A stretch of DNA of 64,000 nt. Source: Desulfatiglandales bacterium. GTDB taxonomy: Bacteria > Desulfobacterota > DSM-4660 > Desulfatiglandales > HGW-15. Below, in pieces: positions 59,368 through 64,000 of this stretch. The stretch covers positions 2,688,001 to 2,752,000 of the forward strand of contig CAXXJJ010000001.1 in NCBI GenBank assembly GCA_963667015.2, given 5' to 3'. Every line of letters starts with the position of its first letter. The first letter of the stretch is position 1. Below the pieces are notes generated by a model. It was not told the origin of the DNA, made no database searches, and saw only the letters and a list, made by a program, of their open reading frames with translations. The position numbers were made by a program, and so were the translations under genes.

Positions 59368-60263
59368 AAGTTTTAATAGCTGAAGACGATCTTACATCAA
59401 GGACTATCCTGACTGCGATACTGCAGAAATGGGGATATGATGTAGTATCTGCAGTCGACGGAGAGCAGGCACTGGAAATGCTCAAGCAACCTGAAGCCCC
59501 TAAACTGGCCCTTTTGGACTGGAGTATGCCGGGTTTATCCGGTGTAGATGTGTGTACCCACCTGCGGGAAAACCAGGCCAATGACTCGATCTATATAATC
59601 ATGTTAACGGCAAAGAGTGAAAAGAAGAATATTGTTGAGGGGCTTAATGCCGGTGCAAACGACTATATTATAAAACCCTACGACAATGACGAACTCCAGG
59701 CCCGTATCAATGTGGGCAAACGCATGGTGGAAATACAGTCTGAACTGGAAAATGCAAAAAGCGCACTTATCCATGAGGTCATGCATGATTCACTGACAGG
59801 AGTCTATAACAGGAAAGCCATCATTGATATGCTGGAAAGAGAGCTTATGCGTACTGCAAGAAGCGGTGGAATACTGTATGTAGGTATGTGTGATCTGGAT
59901 TATTTCAAGCGGATAAACGATAACTTCGGTCACCAGACCGGCGATGATATACTTCAGGGATTTACCCGGATTATTAATGATAACCTGAGGAAATATGATC
60001 TCATTGGAAGATATGGCGGAGAAGAATTCCTGATTATAATTCCATCATCGGGGAAGATAAACGAAAAGATGGATTTTAAAAGGCTCTGTAATCTCGTTGC
60101 AAAATCGAATATTAAAACAAGATCAGGTGATCTTTCCGTTACGATCAGTATTGGAGTTACCGATTCAGAAGTTGAAAAAACTGTTGATCAAATTCTTGCA
60201 GAAGCAGACGGCGCACTATATAAGGCAAAAGAGATGGGGCGCAACTGTGTATGCTATGCCTAG
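59364..60263 (+). CDS. REC-GGDEF diguanylate cyclase
   Basis: REC domain, [15 protein letters not shown]-site, GGEEF. Confidence 0.95.
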   Translation: MKVLIAEDDLTSRTILTAILQKWGYDVVSAVDGEQALEMLKQPEAPKLALLDWSMPGLSGVDVCTHLRENQANDSIYIIMLTAKSEKKNIVEGLNAGANDYIIKPYDNDELQARINVGKRMVEIQSELENAKSALIHEVMHDSLTGVYNRKAIIDMLERELMRTARSGGILYVGMCDLDYFKRINDNFGHQTGDDILQGFTRIINDNLRKYDLIGRYGGEEFLIIIPSSGKINEKMDFKRLCNLVAKSNIKTRSGDLSVTISIGVTDSEVEKTVDQILAEADGALYKAKEMGRNCVCYA

Positions 60264-60301
60264 CCAGATGTTTTTTCGTTGAGGATCGTTGAAAAGAAAT
60301 A

Positions 60302-60330
60302 TTGACACCCGCGGATTTTACATTTATTCT
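60302..60330 (+). promoter_or_regulatory. Sigma-70 promoter of the argD leader
   Basis: TTGACA-N17-TATTCT. Confidence 0.65.
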
Positions 60331-60406
60331 TCTTTCCCTTAATTGATTAACATAAAAAAGTATTTATAGTAAAAACAGATAAAACGAAACAGAGGAAAGC
60401 TAAAAG

Positions 60407-60484
60407 ATGAATTTTATTACCTTAACAAACAATGCAGCCGCCAGACGCAGGGCCGGACGGGCCCGGTGTTACTGCTTGTTTTAA
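60407..60484 (+). CDS. Putative Arg-rich attenuation leader peptide MNFITLTNNAAARRRAGRARCYCLF (25 aa)
   Basis: GAGGA upstream, ATG..TAA, five Arg codons (AGA CGC AGG, CGG, CGG) overlapping or adjacent to an antiterminator arm. Confidence 0.72.
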   Translation: MNFITLTNNAAARRRAGRARCYCLF

Positions 60485-60528
60485 GGTAGTATGGTCAGCT
60501 GAACCTAAAACTTATAAGCAGATATACC

Positions 60529-60565
60529 AGGCCCCGGTACCAATAAGTACCGGGGCTTTTTTTTT
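60529..60565 (+). terminator. Attenuator terminator upstream of argD
   Basis: GCCCCGGTAC-CAATAA-GTACCGGGGC followed by T9, about 25 nt before the argD ATG. Confidence 0.92.
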
Positions 60566-60590
60566 GAAAAAATTAAGGAGATGATAAAAA

Positions 60591-61781
60591 ATGAACAATA
60601 CAATTGATACTGAAGATAAACACACACCGGGGTTTTTTAAAAAAACGCCGGCTTCTGTTGAATACGGCAGAGGTGTGTATGTATGGGATGAAAATAATAA
60701 AAAATATCTGGATTTCACTTCCGGATGGGGTGTTACATGCATCGGTCATGCAAATGAAGTGATTATAAGGGCACTTCATGAACAGGGACAAAAAATCATT
60801 CAGAACCCGAATTCAGGTCTGACGTATTCACCTGTAAGGGCGAAACTTTTAAAACTGCTGATAAAGATAATGCCACAGGGGCTTACCAGGGTATTTTTTA
60901 CAAACAGTGGTGGAGAGTCTAACGATGCAGCAATAAAACTTGCACGCAAAGCAACCGGAAGGACAGGAGTAATTTCTACACACCAGAGCTATCATGGCAG
61001 GACTCTGGGCACTGTATCGGCCACAGGTCAGGCAAAACACAGGGAGAGATTCAATCCCCTTATGCCAGACTACAGGTTTGTCAGGTATGGAAGTTTGTCT
61101 GAAATGGAGCGTTCTCTGAATGAGGATGTTGCTGCAGTTATAGTGGAACCTGTACAGGGTGAAGGAGGAGTAAATATCCCTCCTGATAATTATCTGTCAG
61201 AAATCAATGCCATGTGTAAAAAGAATGGAACCCTGCTGATTGTTGATGAGGTGCAGACAGGTTTTTACAGGACAGGTCCCGCGTTTGTATCATCCGCCAG
61301 AGAGATAAGCCCTGATATCCTCACAATGGCAAAGGGTATTGCAGGCGGTTTTCCATTTGGCGCCTTTGCCATGACGGAAGAGTTGAACAGTCTGCTTGAA
61401 CCGGGAGACCATGGCGGAACATATTGCGGCAATCCCCTTGGATGTGCTGTCTCATGTGCTGTAATTGATTATCTTCTAAAAAGCAGGATATGGGGAAATG
61501 TTGAAGAAATGGGGCAGTATTCAATTGAGAGATTAAACATTTTGAAGTATAAATATCCTGAAATAATAAAGGAGATAAGAGGGCAGGGACTTCTACTTCT
61601 GATGGAGACATCAGATGACAAAACAGCAGCGGATATTATCGATAAATCTCTTTCCAATGGATTGCTGTTGAATTTAATTCAGGGTAAGTGCATAAGGATT
61701 ATTCCGGCCCTTAATATCAGAGAAGAGGAGCTGGGTGAAGGTTTTTCTATTCTTGAAAAGGTGATGAACTCGATAGAATAA
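60591..61781 (+). CDS. argD: Acetylornithine aminotransferase family (class III PLP)
   Basis: YLDFTSGWGV, NSGGE, YHGRT, EPVQGEGG, DEVQTG, AKGIAGG, HGGTYCGNPL. Confidence 0.82.
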   Translation: MNNTIDTEDKHTPGFFKKTPASVEYGRGVYVWDENNKKYLDFTSGWGVTCIGHANEVIIRALHEQGQKIIQNPNSGLTYSPVRAKLLKLLIKIMPQGLTRVFFTNSGGESNDAAIKLARKATGRTGVISTHQSYHGRTLGTVSATGQAKHRERFNPLMPDYRFVRYGSLSEMERSLNEDVAAVIVEPVQGEGGVNIPPDNYLSEINAMCKKNGTLLIVDEVQTGFYRTGPAFVSSAREISPDILTMAKGIAGGFPFGAFAMTEELNSLLEPGDHGGTYCGNPLGCAVSCAVIDYLLKSRIWGNVEEMGQYSIERLNILKYKYPEIIKEIRGQGLLLLMETSDDKTAADIIDKSLSNGLLLNLIQGKCIRIIPALNIREEELGEGFSILEKVMNSIE

Positions 61782-61843
61782 TCGAATAATGTATTTTGAC
61801 AGAATATAACGGTTCATGTAAATAATGTTGTAAAAATAATGAT

Positions 61844-61866
61844 GGGGCACAGCGCACCGTGCCCTT
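61844..61866. repeat. REP-like palindrome (degenerate)
   Basis: GGGGCACAG-CGCA-CCGTGCCC. Confidence 0.5.
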
Positions 61867-61893
61867 CTATGGATGTACATTTGAGACCTTGAA

Positions 61894-62445
61894 ATGGAAA
61901 TTCTAAAACTGCCACATGAAATAGTCATAAATGAGAACCGGATAGGGGAACGGGTCATTGAACTCGGCAGGCAGATTACCCTGGACTACAGAGACAGGGA
62001 GCTTATGGTAATAGGGACATTAAAAGGAAGTCTGCCATTTTTCGCTGATCTTATCCGCAATATCCATCTTCCCATACTTACCGATTTTATATCAGTATCA
62101 AGCTATAATGGTAATATGCAATCGTCTGGAAAGGTTAAGGTCATCAATGATATTTCTATACCTGTCAAAGATAAAGATATACTTATAATTGAAGATATAA
62201 TAGATACCGGTGCCACATCAAAATTCCTGTTTGACCATTTTAAAAGTAAAAATCCTCTTTCTTTAAAAATATGCACACTGCTGAATAAACAGTGTGCGAG
62301 GATTTCCACCTTTGACATTAATATTGACTATGTCGGCTTTGATGTGCCCGATAAGTTTCTGATAGGGTATGGACTGGATTATCAGGAAATGTATCGCAAC
62401 CTGCCTTATATTGCTTCGGTTAAACGACAGGCTGAAGGTTTTTAG
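61894..62445 (+). CDS. hpt: Hypoxanthine phosphoribosyltransferase
   Basis: LKGSLPF, VSSY, IIEDIIDTG, FLIGYGLDY..YRNLP. Confidence 0.95.
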   Translation: MEILKLPHEIVINENRIGERVIELGRQITLDYRDRELMVIGTLKGSLPFFADLIRNIHLPILTDFISVSSYNGNMQSSGKVKVINDISIPVKDKDILIIEDIIDTGATSKFLFDHFKSKNPLSLKICTLLNKQCARISTFDINIDYVGFDVPDKFLIGYGLDYQEMYRNLPYIASVKRQAEGF

Positions 62446-62497
62446 CCTGAAGGCTGTCAGTCTGTAGTCTGCGCCAGATTTTTATTACTAATAGCCT

Positions 62498-62887
62498 TCA
62501 GCCTGCTTTTATAAACTGCATCAATTCAAAGACAAGTCCGCTGGTTTCCATATCCATGTATGCAACCTTAAGAGGTCCGAGGTCCGATTTCATCTGGACA
62601 CTTGCTCCTTTTTGTTTAAGGTCTTCAATGTTGTCTTCCAGGTTGTCCACAGCAAAGGCAAGATGTTGAATACCTTCTCCTCTTTCTTTCAGAAACTCCA
62701 TGTGCTGTGAATCACCATCGACAGGTTGAATGAATTCCAGTTCCATGCCGCCAACAATAACGGCTGCAATTTTGAATGTTGCCTCCATAGGTTTGTCCTT
62801 AAAATATTCTTTAGCCCCGGCAGGTACAGCGCGGTGTTCAAAGGGATCGATGCCATAGGATGTGAGACGTTTTATAGTATCATCCAT
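62498..62887 (-). CDS. VOC/glyoxalase (methylmalonyl-CoA epimerase-like) protein, probably N-terminally truncated
   Basis: ELEFIQP, FLKERGEGIQHLAFAV, FELMQ; in-frame TGA three codons upstream where the first metal-binding strand is expected. Confidence 0.65.
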   Translation of the reverse strand: MDDTIKRLTSYGIDPFEHRAVPAGAKEYFKDKPMEATFKIAAVIVGGMELEFIQPVDGDSQHMEFLKERGEGIQHLAFAVDNLEDNIEDLKQKGASVQMKSDLGPLKVAYMDMETSGLVFELMQFIKAG

Positions 62888-62960
62888 GTCCTTTCATGCT
62901 TTTGAATGTCTTAGTAACCTGTTGAAAATAAAATGAAAAATAATCTGCAATACTGGCATA

Positions 62961-63161
62961 CCTAATGAGCTTTATCTGGATATGAAGGCCGGAGACGTGG
63001 ATATTGATGTTGAGAATATTAAAACCTCTCTGGAGGTTGATCTTGGAGCCGGGGATGTGAATGTTAAGATTCCGGAGGATTCTGTTCGCGAGGTTGATGT
63101 TGATGTCGGTATAGGAGATGCCTCCATAAGAAGAAACGGCAGGGATAAGCTTGTACTGTAA
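62961..63161 (+). pseudogene. Fragment of a DUF4097/adhesin-like beta-strand repeat protein
   Basis: PNELYLDMKAGDVDIDV..EVDLGAGDVNV..DVDVGIGDASI; no N-terminus or signal peptide. Confidence 0.5.
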
Positions 63162-63178
63162 AATTCCGGATAAAAATT

Positions 63179-63200
63179 GGGCAGACCTGTGTGTCTGCCC
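63179..63200. repeat. REP-like palindrome or bidirectional stem-loop
   Basis: GGGCAGAC-CTGTGT-GTCTGCCC between convergent genes. Confidence 0.55.
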
Positions 63201-63220
63201 GCATTGTTTGTGTCGGGTTT

Positions 63221-64000
63221 TTACACATACCTCACTGTTGTAGGTTTCCGGTCAACAGTGGTAAAGAATTTCATTTTCGGGTAGCCTATGATTATAACAC
63301 TGAAAACCTTATTGCTTTTGGGTAGATCCAGCTCTTTCATTACTGCCGGACTCCCGTTTGCCGCAGCGTCAAATAACCCTATGTAGGTGTACTCAAGCCC
63401 CATTGTACGCGCCAGAAGTCCCATGGTAGTTGATGCAATAACACAGTCATCCTTTTTGGTAAATGTCTGATCCAGTGCATGAAAGACCATTACTGCAGGA
63501 GCATTGTAAAATATTGGGTCCAAACCCATTTCGCTGCTCTCTTTCATCAGGTTGCCGTAAAAGGCCATCATTTCGAGCTGTTCAATCTCCTGGGGATTTG
63601 CATTTCCTTTGGTTTTAAACTCTTCTGCCTTTTTAGCCGCATCAGCACCGCTTTTTACCATGAAATCAACGGAGAGATCTGAAAGTTTTTTAATCCTGTC
63701 AGGGTTCTGGATTACCATCAGTTCCACCATCTGGCTGTTTGTGCCTGTGGGAGAATACCTTACAATATCAACAAGTTTTTTCATGTCTGCTTCAGGTATC
63801 TTTTGATCTGTAAATGCCCGGTGAGATCTTCTCTGCCTTAAAAATTCAAATAAATCATTCGTTGTTATTAATTCTCTCTTTTCAATTTTATGGAAATTAT
63901 CCATGTCCATTTGAGTGTGTGTTACTGCTCCGGCAGGGCACAGGGAAATACAGCGGCCGCATATAACGCATGTGCTTATATCTGCAAAAACAGTGACCAT
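63221..64000 (-). CDS. Ferredoxin-nitroreductase fusion, probably 5'-partial at the window edge
   Basis: CVICGRCISLCP, RRSHRAF, SPTGTNSQ, DPIFYNAP, IIGYP. Confidence 0.9.
   Translation of the reverse strand: MVTVFADISTCVICGRCISLCPAGAVTHTQMDMDNFHKIEKRELITTNDLFEFLRQRRSHRAFTDQKIPEADMKKLVDIVRYSPTGTNSQMVELMVIQNPDRIKKLSDLSVDFMVKSGADAAKKAEEFKTKGNANPQEIEQLEMMAFYGNLMKESSEMGLDPIFYNAPAVMVFHALDQTFTKKDDCVIASTTMGLLARTMGLEYTYIGLFDAAANGSPAVMKELDLPKSNKVFSVIIIGYPKMKFFTTVDRKPTTVRYV

Noticed and set aside
60380..60565. T-box or metabolite riboswitch upstream of argD
   Set aside because: No T-box sequence (AAGGTGGTACC-like) or known aptamer; uORF attenuation explains the elements.

Overview
Moderately AT-rich bacterial DNA whose gene content (TonB systems, selenocysteine-containing HdrA/MvhD, MetF/MetV, sigma-54 promoters, heptamer intergenic repeats) suggests an anaerobic Desulfobacterota member; this taxonomy is inference. 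0-20 kb: cobamide uptake, salvage and remodelling locus with three cobalamin riboswitches. It holds btuB, a BtuF-CbiZ fusion, btuFCD, exbBD-tonB, cobQ/U/O and cobT/S/D-cbiB, plus an unexplained Zn-dehydrogenase and a TrpD paralog directly behind a riboswitch. 21-33 kb: an uncharacterised 10-gene cluster with dedicated CcsBA-type heme ligation genes, a TonB receptor, an exported CxxCH/tetrapyrrole-methylase fusion, a membrane ferredoxin, a double-cubane-type reductase with its ATP-dependent activator, a DsbD-like protein and a permease. 33-38 kb: creBC, exosortase K and a VIT/PEP-CTERM protein behind a cre-tag-like array. 38-46 kb: DUF2284, aroB, an Fe-S protein and a PDZ-kinase/sigma-54 activator/PilZ module. 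46-55.5 kb: sigma-54-driven metF2-hdrA(Sec)-mvhD(Sec)-metV-metF operon. 56-64 kb: CHASE hybrid kinase and diguanylate cyclase, argD preceded by an Arg-rich leader peptide with a complete attenuator architecture, hpt, gene fragments and a partial nitroreductase. No rRNA, tRNA, CRISPR array or intact transposase was seen. All family calls come from motif recognition by eye, not database searches.
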